DNA of 64,000 nt from Mobula hypostoma (Eukaryota): positions 11,718,001-11,782,000 of the forward strand of contig NC_086109.1 in assembly GCF_963921235.1 (NCBI RefSeq), given 5' to 3'. Shown here piece by piece: positions 25,648 through 38,000 of the stretch. The number at the start of each line of letters is the position of its first letter. Position 1 is the stretch's first letter. The position numbers were made by a program, and so were the translations under genes. The notes beneath the pieces were generated by a model. The model did no database searches. It worked only from the letters and a program-made list of their open reading frames with translations, and was not told the DNA's origin.

Positions 25648-26909
25648 CTGTGAATAATTAAATGCAAAGGCAGACCCTCAAAGATTGAGCCCAGTCAATA
25701 ATTATCATTCCAGTGAAAAGTGAACCAGTTGTGAACTACTTTAGACCAATCGTATTGATTGGGTAGGACTCAGTTGCTATTCAGCTTTTGCTTCACTTGA
25801 AGGAGATGACTCCATTTCCTTAAAATCAAATTTCACACAGAAACCACTGAATTTAAGACCCTCTTTATATTGTGGGATATTGAATATGTTGGAACTTTGG
25901 ACTAATGTAATTTGTGCCTCATCTAATTAGCTACCCTTCTCTGCTCAAACCAAACAAAAATATAGAACACACACACACACACACACACAAAGCTGGAAGA
26001 ACTCAGCAGGCCAGGCAGCATCTACGGAAATGAATAAACAGTCGATGTTTCGGGCCGAGACCTGCCATCAGGACTGAGAAGGAAGGCAGGAGCTGCCAGA
26101 ATAAAAAGGTGGGAGGAGGAGAAGGACACTTGCTAGATGACGATAGGTAAAGGTAGGGTGGGGGAGCTCAAGGGCTGGAGAAAAAGGAATCTGATAGGTG
26201 AGGAGAGTGGGTAATAGGAGAAAGGGAAGATTCTCCTAACAGACCAAAAATGCAATATATGCATTACGGGCAATCAATAAGATTATTTAGCAGGTAATCA
26301 AATGGTGCCTGTTTTAACAAAAGAAGAATTTAATGTGTTCTAGCTCATTCATTCAGTGTGTTGATAATTGTTCAAGTAAGTATAATTGTTTTGTTTCTTT
26401 CTGCAGTCCCAAACAGGAGGATGGCCTTGAGTCTGATAGATTGCTGACAAGCAGTCCTTTTAATTAACAAATAAAAATCACCTTTGTGTTGCTAACGTGA
26501 CTCCCAAACATTTTGTAAAGCATCAGCAAGAAACAATGCACGTTGCATTGTGTCACACACAAATTGTCGCCATGTCACTGGCAATCCTGTCACCATTATA
26601 TTGTGCTGAATAGACAGTGCAACAGAACTCCTATTCTTCCAGAGAGATGAAGGAGGTTCCATCACTTTTGGCTAACTCTTTTATTGAGATCTATGCCAGA
26701 ATAAAATAAAAAAAAGTGAGGTTATTGAAATTAAAATCTGAGGAGACTTGTTCCTGACAACACACATATAGTTCTTGAGTGTAAATGCATGTGCATCATA
26801 GCAAATCAAGATATAATAAGTTAAGTTTGTTTTATATCATGTGATTAGTGTTTCTTTGTAGCAAGGATTTACCTTAATGCAAAAACTTTGCTTTATTTTC
26901 TGAACTTAC

Positions 26910-27010
26910 CTTTATTTTTCTGCTTTCTCACTTTTTTCATAACTAGTACCAGGAGTCCGAGAAACACCATAGTTAGTATTCCAAAGACTAGTCCAAGTAT
27001 TATGAAAAGC
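26910..27010 (-). CDS. Gene A exon 4, transmembrane (101 nt, phase 2 to 1)
   Basis: (W)LFIILGLVFGILTMVFLGLLVLVM-KKVRKQKNK; uncharged TM followed by a basic stop-transfer stretch; donor AAAG|GTAAGT. Confidence 0.9.
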
Positions 27011-27492
27011 CTTGGTTTTTATGAAAAAGAGAGTAAAAAAGAACAGTAAGATAAGGTCAGAATGTATCAATTGAATATGCACCATGAAATATGATGGTAA
27101 TCATATATGCAATATAATTTACCTGATATAATGGCTGTCATTTTCTAACATCAGATTACAATCTAGGACACTGAAGTTAACTTCAGTGCAGCTGAATGTT
27201 GGGAGTGTGCTCAACTGGCAGCCAATAATTTTGCATGTGTTTAACCCTAGCAACCAATGTGGAATTACACCCTCTCACACGCCAAAAGCAATGTGGCATT
27301 GAGTCAGTGATCCATCTACAATGGTTTAATGATAGCTGGAGTTCTGATAAAGAGACATTGATTGCATTCCCGCTCACTTGCTGAAGCCCCAGGGACATAA
27401 TCAATTTCTCTTTATCTATCATAAAGTAACATTGGTTCACTGGTAACAGTGGCATTCCCTAGAACCCCTTTGACACTCGATCCCACTCTTAC

Positions 27493-27544
27493 CAGTTACC
27501 AATGTTACTCTGCTCAGCCACAGAAGGACCTATGACTTCCACGA
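27493..27544 (-). CDS. Gene A exon 3, stalk (52 nt, phase 1 to 2)
   Basis: ttttttctttttatattcag|TC GTG..AAC TG|GTAAGA; (V)VEVIGPSVAEQSNIGN(W); same length and phases as the gene B stalk exon. Confidence 0.87.
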
Positions 27545-30500
27545 CTGAATATAAAAAGAAAAAAATGAACTCCCTTCCTCTTTCCACAACCTCATAAATG
27601 ACTCCACTGCAGCTTTTGTAAAAATTTCCAGTCAAAGTAAATTTATTATCAATGTCACCAAATACTACCCTGAGATTCATTTTCAAGCAGGAACTCAAAG
27701 CAGAGTAAAGAAATACCATAGAATCAATGAAAAATTACAATGACAAACAGCGATTGTTATTTCACAATTGATTGATCCTCTGTACAATTTTTACAGCCTC
27801 AGCCGGCATACGCTTTTGATGAAACATGCTCATGTTTATTGCTATCATGGGCATAAATACACAGAGTACAAATGCCATGAAAATTAACTTTATAATGACA
27901 GATGGACCCTATCAGTGGTAATACCATTATTAAATCTAACAGTGATATCATAAAATCCACTTCAGACATTCTCTCTTCTCTCCCTTCCCGTTGAGCAAAA
28001 TATATAAAAACCTGAAAGCAGGCTCAAGAACAACAACTATCATGCTATCTGGTGAAATGACGATTGAATGGTCCCCTTAAACAAAAAGATGAACTCTTAA
28101 CTTCATAATCAATCTTGTTAGGACCTTGCACCTTATTGTCTGACTGCACTGCACTTTTGCTGTAATTGAAACACTTCTTGTCTTCATTTTAATATTGTTT
28201 TACCTTGGACTATACAATACACCATTGTAATGAAATGATCTGTGTGAACGGCATGCAAAACAATATTTTACATTGTACCCGTGTACACCTGATAATGATA
28301 AGACAATTTACTAAACCAATTGCTAATTTACAAATTAATGAATTGCACTTCCTAGTTTTATTCCCTTCTGTAGATTTATGACATATTATATTAGGATGCA
28401 AATTAAAGTAAAAGCAGAAGTGTGAATGTGGTTTTGTCGTAGAAAATGCAACTCTGCAGTAACACGTTCATGCTGGGGGAACTCATTTGATCAGGCTCCA
28501 TCTATTGGGAAGAATAAACAGTTGATGTTTTGGGCCAAGAGTCTTCATCAGGTCATGATGAAGGGTCCCGGTCTGAAATGTCAACAGTTTATTCCCCAAC
28601 ATTTTATGCGTGTTGCTCCAGATTTCCGACATCTGAAGAATCTCTTATGCTTTGAATTCTGGAAACTAATGTTAAATGAGGTGTTGAAAATTTCTTCCAG
28701 TCTATGCTAAAGATTCGTGCAGACCCATCTGGGCACTGGTGAAAGATGGAAAGACACCCCAAATTTGGTAGTTTGATAGTTTCTTGGTAGGTTGATCTCC
28801 AAGTTTGCTGGTGATTAATGAAAATGATGCAGTTGGAGATTGTCACTAGATTATGCTTAATGTCAGTCTTCTGGAATATATTTTAGTTGTTAACTTATGT
28901 ATAGTAATATTATTTTGTGTTGTGTGAGTTATGTATATATACTGTGTTATGTACCTGGGTCTGGAGGAATGTTGTTTCATTTGGCGTATGCATATACAGT
29001 ATATGGTTGAATGACAATAAACTTGAACTTGATGGGGGGGAGGGTCAATTTCCACTCCTCAGCTGATAGTTCAGCAGAAATCTTGATGGAAATTGGGGAA
29101 TTTCTGTGAATCTCTATAATAGTTAACTGTGCTGCACTGAACTGATGGTTCACTATGTCTGTGCAATGACGTGAACTAGCAGGTGAATAGCAAGACATCT
29201 GGCCCTGAGGACCACCACTAGCTCAGCACTAGGGCTAGCAGTGGTTCCATAACTTGTGGAGCCGGGGGGGGGGCGGGCACAAACTCTTCCCCTCTGCTTT
29301 ACCCCTCTCAAAACTGGTGCATCTGGCAAGATTCTATTCTGTTTAGTGGGGAGTCATTGAGTTTCACAGGAAAGGTCCCTGGAATTACCTGTGTTTCCCG
29401 CCTGAAATTTTAATCCATTTACACATTGCCAATTTTTAGCATTTTATTAATGTTATAAATTAGTTTATTTGTTACATGTACATCGAAGTGTTAACACATA
29501 CAGTGAAATGCGTCATTTTGCATCCAAGAACAATACAGTCCGGGGTTTGAGCTGGGCGCCTGAAAGTGTCATCATGCTTCCAACGCCAAAATAGCATTAC
29601 CATAACTCACTAACTCCAACCCTAATCCATCCGTCTTTAGAATACAGGAGGAAACTGGAGCACCCGGAGGAAACACACAGTCATGAGGATAACATACAAA
29701 ATCCAATGGGAATTGACTCCTGATTGGTGGTTGTTGGTGCTATAGAACGATTGCGCTAATTGGTACACTACTGCACCGCCCCTGATCGATCTATTACTTA
29801 AACTCGGCATAATTTTTTCAAATGGTTTTCAGAGCAACCTGGAATCAGTGCAAGGGACTGTGGCAGGGCGAGCTGTCTGAGGGGTAAAGGGTTGTTTTGT
29901 TGGCCTGCACTCGTTTCCATGGCTGGGTCAGCACTCGCAGAAGGCTCTTTCAGGAAGGCGGGCAGCAGGAGTGAAGGGAATGGGTGGGACGCTGGGAAGC
30001 TTGTGGCTACATAAGAATAACCAGGCTGCCGACATCTCACAAGAGATGGGAGCCGGGCTCGGAACAATGCAGCCCTGCTGAGCAGCTGCTGGTGTTATAA
30101 TGCCCTTTCCCACTATGTGTACGGTCCGCACCAAGGAAGCCATCTCCTTGATGGTAAAGAAAACTGAAAAAAAAAATTGAGCCCACATAAAATTGGAGCA
30201 CCAGCCTCCCCACTATCAAGGACATCTTCCATCATTATGTACTTCCACCATCTGGGACAGGCCCTGTCGTCAGTACGACCAATAGGGAGAAGATATAGGA
30301 GCCTGGAGACCCATAGTTAACATTTTAGAAGAGAGTTTCTTCCTCTCTGCCATCAGATTTCTGAACTGTCCTTGAACCCCTGAACACAACTCATTATTCT
30401 GTATTTTCTCTAAATTATTTATTTGCTTTGTTTTTGTACATTTATAGATCTGTATGTCCTTGCACTGCACAGCTGCCACAAAGCAACAGAACTCACGTCA

Positions 30501-33289
30501 TACGTCGGTGATAATAAATCTCAGTTATAACAGCATGGTTGTAACATCAACATTCCCACCTGAACCCTATAATCTTTCACTCCCTTACCTATCAAATACT
30601 TCTTTCCAAAATTCAGGGGTTTCAATTGAGCTACCCGTTGAGGAAGGAAGTTCCAAAGACTCGTAAACTTCTGAGAGAAATAGCTTCATATTAACTCTGC
30701 CTTGAATGGACGATCCCTTAATTTTAAACAGTGGTTCCTAATTCTAGATTCTCTCACAAGAGGGAGTAGTATCTTTATGTCCAGGCTCTCAACATCCACC
30801 GTCTTGCATGCTTTCATCTAGTTTCCTCTCAAACTTCTCCATTCCAGTGGATACAAACTATCTGCCCAAACTTCCCTTAAAGGACTATTAATCTATAAAG
30901 TTGGATATGTAGTAGGATGAGAGTTTTAGCAGATTGGTTAGGCGGTGTGGGGTGCATTTTCCCGGGAACAAAGAAGCCTGAGAGGTGAGGCGTATAAAAT
31001 TCTGAGAGGCACAGGTAGGTAGATAGAAAATAATCTGTCTCCCATGATAAGGGTGTCTAAAATCAAAGGGAAAAGGTGAGAGGGCAGAGGTTTAAAGGGG
31101 ATAATGGAGTAGTAAAAATAACGACTTTTATGAAGTATCTAGACAAGTAATTGACTGAGCATGACATAAAGGGATATGAAATTATTGAATGGAATTAGTA
31201 CAGATAAACAAGATGGCCAGTATAGAACTGGAGGACCAAATGGCCTGTTCTTTGCTGTACATTTCACTGATTCTATGAGTCTACAGCACAGTGTTAAAGT
31301 CTTAGGCACGTATATATCGTTAGGGCGCTGAAGATTTTTACACAGTACTGTGGTAATTTTATTTATTGCACTGTACAGCTGCTGCATAAAACAAATTCAT
31401 GACATACGTGAGTGATGGTAAATTTAATTCTGATATGGGTCTCTATTGTGGACTGATAGTGGGAAGGGGGCAGGGAGAGAGGAATCGTGGTTGGGAAAAG
31501 GGGATGGGAGAGGGGAGGGAGTGGGAAGAGCTGGAGAGACATTCTGTAATGATCAATAAACTAATTGTTTGGAGTCAAATGACCTTCCCCGGTGGCCTGG
31601 GTATGTCTCTACCTTCAACTTCCCCCCCCAAACCCCACCGCCCCGGCACTCCTACTCTGCCACCTGTTCCACACCCCTTCCACAGCACTCCACCCTCACC
31701 ATTCCCAACATCCTCTGCTCCCACCAGGTTTACAAACTCGATTCCTGCTTCACGTTGACAAATACAGAGCTGTGCTAAAGTCTTCGGCAGCCTAGCTATA
31801 TATACCTGTATGTGTCAAAGTCTTTTACACAGATTCATTAATGTCTCAGTAATATCCCATTTTATTACTTTGTTGTATTTGGGTCGGTCCACAACAGGAA
31901 AATGGACACTCACCTGAGTCTTTGTTTGTCTGAAGGAAGTAACTTTTGAACTGTTAAAACATATAAAAGCATTATTTTGTTATTCATGCATTTCTTGATT
32001 CATTCTCAACTGTTGTGATGCAACACAGACAAATAAAAAGCTCGTTGTGGTAGATTAACAAGGGAAATTATCACAAGAAAACAGAGAAAAAGATGTATAA
32101 TTTGTGTTTTTCAGGTTTTTCTCTGTTTGTTCTTTCTCCAACACCCTTTTACTAATTCACCAACTGCACAGCTCCATAGGAAGAACATCACTCTAGCAAC
32201 ACTGTCGTCACACTCTCAGCGATTTCCCTTAGTCCTATCTATTGTTGGCACCCTCCCTGAAACATAAAAAATAAAAGCTAACTGTTTTCTCACTCTCTCT
32301 GATGTGATAAACGAACGTGAATGATAACTCTGCATCTCTTTCCAAATATGCTCCCTACCCTACTGACCACCATTTTCAATTGATTTCTTCTTGATCCATT
32401 ACAAGGAAAAGAGCAGATGGAGAAGGAGAGAACAAAGCGATATATAAAACTTGATCTACCTTTCATAATCTTACACAACTTTATTTCTTACTCTCCAACT
32501 GCCTTCATAATCTGTCAACCAGGTGGTTTAATAAACAACGTATCACCATGGCAATTCTGCTCTCACTCTCTCAGAGATACCCCAACCCCATCCTTTTGCA
32601 CTTAAAACTAATCTTTTTATTCAGTTTTCCAGTTTGATGAATGACCTTCAAACTGAAATAATGTTTCTGCAGATGGTACCTGACCTGCTGAGTGTTCTCA
32701 GCATTTTCTGATTTTATTTAGGATTTCCAGCATCTGCAGTTTTTAAAATATTTTCATTGTCTATTAAAATGCCTCTGTGATATCAGTTTTCTTCTGTACG
32801 ATTAGATCTACATTCTTTCAGGCAAATGGAGGTGACTCCAGCATACTCCCACCTTGTCAATGGTGAAATGGCATTGGGGAGACAGTGGGTGAGATACACA
32901 ACCTCTGTCCTGATCTTGGGTCCAAAGTGTTAATGCTTATTTCATTTATGTCGAGATACAGCACACTACATGCCCAATGAGGCTACGCTGCCCAATAATA
33001 CCCATGTGACTAATTAACCTACTAACCCATATATCTTTGGAATGTGTGGAAAAACTAAAGCACCTGGAGGAAACTCACACGGTCAGGGAAGAACCTACAA
33101 GCTCATTACAGGCAGTGATGGAATGGAACCTGGGTCCCTGGCACTACAATAGAGTTATGCCAACTGCTATGCCAACATGTCGCCTACTAACATAACTAAT
33201 TCGGCTCAGTTTCTCACGTACAGAAATGTAAAGGTGAATGTCAGACATGTTAACAAACATAAATTTGACCAAACAAATCATTCTGTTAC

Positions 33290-33500
33290 ACACAAAATGC
33301 TGGAGGAACTCAGCATGTCAGGCAGCATCTATGGAAAGGAATAAACTTTCAATGCTTCAGGCCAAGACCTGATAAAGAGTCTGGTACAAAACATTGACTG
33401 TTCATTCATTTCCATAGATGCTAACTAACCTGCTGAGTTCTCCCAGAATATTGTATGTGTTACTCTGGATTTCCTGCATCTGCGGAACCCCTTGTGTTTT
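33290..33500. repeat. Fold-back Penelope terminal-repeat derivative
   Basis: acacaaaatgctggaggaactcagca..gcatctatggaaa pairs with tttccatagatgc..tgctgagttctcccagaatattgt. Confidence 0.8.
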
Positions 33501-33554
33501 AAATCATTCTGACAGATTAATAAAGGCAGTTAGAGAGAGAAAACAGAGAAAGGA

Positions 33555-33740
33555 CCATATAAAAGAACAAACACAAAATAATTCAGCAGGTCAGGCAGCA
33601 TCTATGGAGAAGAATGATGTTTTGGGCTGAGACCAAAACATCGGCTGTTCGTTCCTCTACATAGATGCTGCCTGACCTGCTGAGTTTCTCCAGTATTTTG
33701 TGTTTGTTCCTTTGGATTTCTATCATCTGCAGAATATCTT
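33555..33740. repeat. Fold-back Penelope terminal-repeat derivative next to the gene A Ig exon donor
   Basis: tcagcaggtcaggcagcatctatg pairs with catagatgctgcctgacctgctga. Confidence 0.8.
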
Positions 33741-33796
33741 AAATTTATGCAAAGGACACACAAGTCTGGGACTTGCAGGTCAGAATAATATCTTAC

Positions 33797-34132
33797 CTTC
33801 ACGAATTTTCAGTTCTACAGCACTTGAAGGATCCAGAAGATGAGGTTTATCTATTCCACACCAATACCAACCCTCATCACTTTTTCTTAATCTTTCTATT
33901 CGTATTGTAAGTTCTCCTTTTTTGTTGTTAGCTGCAATTGTTATTCTGCCGTCTCCACTTTTCATCTCAGGGCCTTGCGTTTGTACTAAAACAGTACAGG
34001 TCCTGCGGTAGTATCCCTTGCACCAGTACTTCTGATAGCTTCTGAAAAATGGGTTAAACTTGCAGTCGATTTCAACCTCATTTCCCACCGTTCCGGTTTT
34101 CGCACTTGGTCCAGTTATGTCAGCGTATGTCA
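33797..34132 (-). CDS. Gene A exon 2, Ig V-set domain of CD300/pIgR (CMRF35-like) type
   Basis: acttacag|TG ACA..GAA G|GTAAGA, 336 nt, phase 1-1; canonical C..W..DEGWYWC plus the family-specific extra pair in KYWCKGYYRRTC. Confidence 0.95.
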
Positions 34133-34395
34133 CTGTAAGTGTGAAATTATAACATGTTGTAAAGTACAAGAGATAGATGCTTATACTGCTGTGCACAAAA
34201 TAGCTTATGTAAAGAAGTAAGGGATAGCATGGAAAGGGTGGCTGAAGGGCCTATTTATGAGCTTTATGAGTCTTTGACTCCATTTAATTGAAACCCTCAT
34301 GTAATTGCCATATACACGCAGTGGCCACTTTATTAGGTACCTCTGTACCTTATAAAGTGATTACTGAGTGTATGTCAATAAGGCCATAAGATATA

Positions 34396-35095
34396 CAGTC
34401 AGACAGACAGACATACTTTATTCATCCCGAGGGAAATTAAGTTTCATTACAGTTGCACCAACCAAGAATAGAGTATAAATATAGCAATATAAGACCACAA
34501 ATAATTAAATAATAATATGCAAATTATGCCAGATGGAAATAAGTCCAGGACCAGCATATTGGCTCAGGGTGTCTGACCCTCCAAAGGAGGACCTGTAAAG
34601 TTTGATGGCCACAGGCAGGAATGACTTCCTATGATGCTCAGTGTTGCATCTCGGTGGAATGAGTCTCTGGCTGAATGTACTCCTGGGCCCAACCAGTACA
34701 TTATGTAGTGGATGGGAGACATTGTCCAAGATGGCATGCAACTTGGACAGCATCCTCTTTTCAGACACCACCGTCAGAAATTCCAGTTCCATCCCCACAA
34801 CATCACTGGCCTTACGAATAAGTTTGTTGATTCTGTTGGTGTCTGCTACCCTCAGCCTGCTGCCCCAGCACACAACAGCAAACATGATAGCACTGGCCAC
34901 CACAGACTCGTAGAACATCCTCAGCATCATCCGACAGATGTTAAAGGACCTCAGTCTCCTCAGGAAATAGAGACGGCTCTGACCCTTCTTGTAGACAGCC
35001 TCAGTGTTCTTTGACCAGTCCAGTTTTTGTCAATTCGTATCCCCAGGTACTTGTAATCCTCCATCATGTCCACACTGACCCCCTGGATGGAAACA
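34396..35095 (-). mobile_element. Rex1/Babar-like LINE 3' end
   Basis: ORF 34505-34930 MFYESVVASAIMFAVVCWG..HPLH..RKSFLPVAIKLY; (gtct)n tail at about 34396-34411. Confidence 0.85.
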
Positions 35096-38000
35096 AGAGG
35101 TCAGTGTGGACTCATTCAGCTTTTAGACATGATGATATGGAGGAGAATTGGGCCAATTAGTCTATTGAGTCTGCTCCTCCATTCCATCATGGCTGATTTA
35201 TTATCCCTCTCCGTGCCATGTCATTGACTGCTCTACTCATTTTCTTCCTCTGCTCTTCTCTTTCATTTTCCTTGCCCTTCACACTTATCCTCTCTGTGCC
35301 AGGCAATCATCTGGTCTAACTATTTTACTTTTAGTTGATTACATCTCTCCATGCACAGATCTACAAGTTGCTGAATTTGTTCATCTGAAGTCTAACAGAC
35401 ATCCATTAGTCTTGCGAGACCATGGATCTGCGCCTGGAAAGTCTTCACTCTCCAGGGCACAGGCCTGGGCAAGGTTGTATGGAAGACCAGCAGTTTCCCA
35501 TGCTGCAAGTCTCTCCTCTTCATGACACCAATGTTGTTCAAGGGAAGGGCATTAGGACCCATACAGCTTGGCACCAGTGTCGTCTAACAGACAAAGAATT
35601 ACAAAACGACATTAGTTTTAAGACCACAGTCTGGGCCTGGAATGTTGGATGAGCGATCAGCTGGGGAATTCACAGTGATCAGGGCCCGGAGGTTGTACGT
35701 GGGGAAAATTCCAATCTGTATCTAAAATCCTGCCCTTGGACTTGGAGTTGAAGAATGAGGGCCATTATGATATGATACTCTGGTAAAGAGCTGATTCAGG
35801 TTTAGATTTATTTGTCACATGTACAATGAAATGTGATGTTTGCTTTAACAATCAATTTAGTCTTAAGGATGTGCTGGGGATTGCCACAGGCAAGTGTCGC
35901 CAGAGATTAAATACTGTCTAGCTTTGCTGGGCCATTTCCAATAATAGTTAAGATTTAACCATGTTTTTATGGGTCTGGAGTCACAAATAAGCCAAACGTG
36001 ATAAATGTGGCAGGTTTCCTTATCAGAGGACAATTAGTAAAAAGTGTTGATTTTTATTAATATCCTGCAACTTCATGGACACTGATGCCACTTTATCAAA
36101 AATAATCAAGTTTATATTATTATCCACTGTGAGTTTTGAACTATCCAGAGAAATAAACCGCCTACTCATACCCAAGTAAACATCAGCTGGCTGCTACCCT
36201 TGTAGACATTGAAACAACAGACAATAGATGGCTGCTGTGACTGATCAACATAGGCCAGAGTAAACTACAGGATACCCAGGTCTGAAGGTTACAAGAAGTT
36301 GGATGTGAAAGATATGAGTCAGACTGAAACCCACTACATTTACATTATTATACACATCATGGAAGTCTGTGGGGTGATTTTGGTTTAATTTTGTTTTGAT
36401 GATCTGCCTTGTTCTCCAAGTCTTTCCAGTCACTCCGCAATCATAACCATTAAAATGTTTATTGATGGTAAAACGGTCATTCAGCTTTTAGACGTGGTAA
36501 TATTGACCTATTCTTTATTTAAGCTCTGTTGTGCCACGGCCTGTCTCCTCTGAAATCCTTTTCTGGTCATTTGTTATTTGACTCCACCAACACACTTTCC
36601 ATCAGGTTCCCGAGTCCAAGGACATCTGCGGATCTGCTGCCTGTGTTCAAAGTCACTGGAAGTTCCATTCACCCAACCATTACTCAAGGCCCCATTAACA
36701 AGGTCTCAATTTTACCTGAAGAGCATACTGACTGGTTGTGTCACAAACTGGTATGGAGGCTCCAACACATAGGACTGAAAGAGGCTGCAGTGTTCTTGTC
36801 TCAGCCAGCTTCACCATGAGCACAAGCCTCCCCACCATTAAGGGCGGCTTCAGAAGGTAGTTCCTCAAGAAGGTGGCATCCATCATTAACGACCCTTACC
36901 ATTCAGAACTTGCCTTCTTTTAATTACTAAAAAATCCGAGAACCTGAAGACACAGAGCTTCTTCCACTCTGCCATCAGATTTCTGAATGGTCCACGGACC
37001 CAACCACACTATTCCGCTTTTGCACTATCTATCTATTCATAACTATCTTTCTATCCATATATATCTATGTATGTATTTATCTGTTTATTTGTTAACATTA
37101 TTTTTTATTGTAAATTATAGTATTTTTATGTATTGCACTGTACTGCTGCCACAAAACAGCAAATTTTACAACATATTAGTGATAATTAACCGGATTCTGA
37201 TTTTGATTCCTTGTTTACAAATCATGGTCTCACTGTAACACCACCAGCTCTCCCTCTCCTCCATCCTCACTTTCTCCATTCAGTTTCTTTGATATCGCTG
37301 CACGCATTCATTTCTGGCCTTAAATTGATCGCAAATCGATCGATCATTTCTCCCATCAGAAGTCATGACTTCAGCTGCCGAGGCCCTTGGCCCCTGAGTT
37401 CCGACTCTAAGCCACTCCTTCTTCTCTTCCTCTTTTTTTCCATATGTTTCTCTTCAAACTGCCTCTAACTAATCTTTTGATCACTGTCTTATGTGCTTGG
37501 CATCCAAAATTAGTTGTTAAAAATCCTGTGAAGCAGCTTGTGGTACATTGCTTTGTTGAATGTGCCATTTCAGTGGAAGGTCTTGCCCTGACAAGTGCCT
37601 CGGTCAGATTTTCAATACAAAAAAATTTGATCCCACTCGCAGTTAAGTAACTCAAAGTGCTCCAGGAAGCAGGTGACCATAAAATGTATGTGTGATCACT
37701 ACTGCTTTGGGAGGCTGTGCTTTTTTAATGCCTCGATGGCAGGAGAATGGGGAATTTACTAGCCATGATCAAATGGTGGACAAAAATTGATGAACCGAAT
37801 AGTCTAATTCTGCTCCTGCATCCTATAGACTTAATGCATCACATAGCTTCAAGAGGTGGAGCTTCCCCTTAGTTTCATAATAGGTGACCAGAAAAAATTG
37901 GCATCCATTTTCATAAGGCTGGCTAGACTCTTTGGAAAATCCCTCCCCTTTTAGCCAACGGAATTAATGCTGAATATAAAGAGAACAGAAACATTATCTT

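Noticed and set aside
33780-34196. ORF-track protein as a single-exon gene with its own N-terminal hydrophobic stretch
   Set aside because: The N- and C-terminal extensions are intronic; splice sites at 34133 and 33796 and a proper leader exon at 40347-40386 explain it better.
36245-36433. Minus-strand ORF with a DVYNNV tyrosine motif as an extra cytoplasmic exon
   Set aside because: It lies in the leader-to-Ig intron of gene A, has no convincing splice sites and is in the wrong position for a tail exon.
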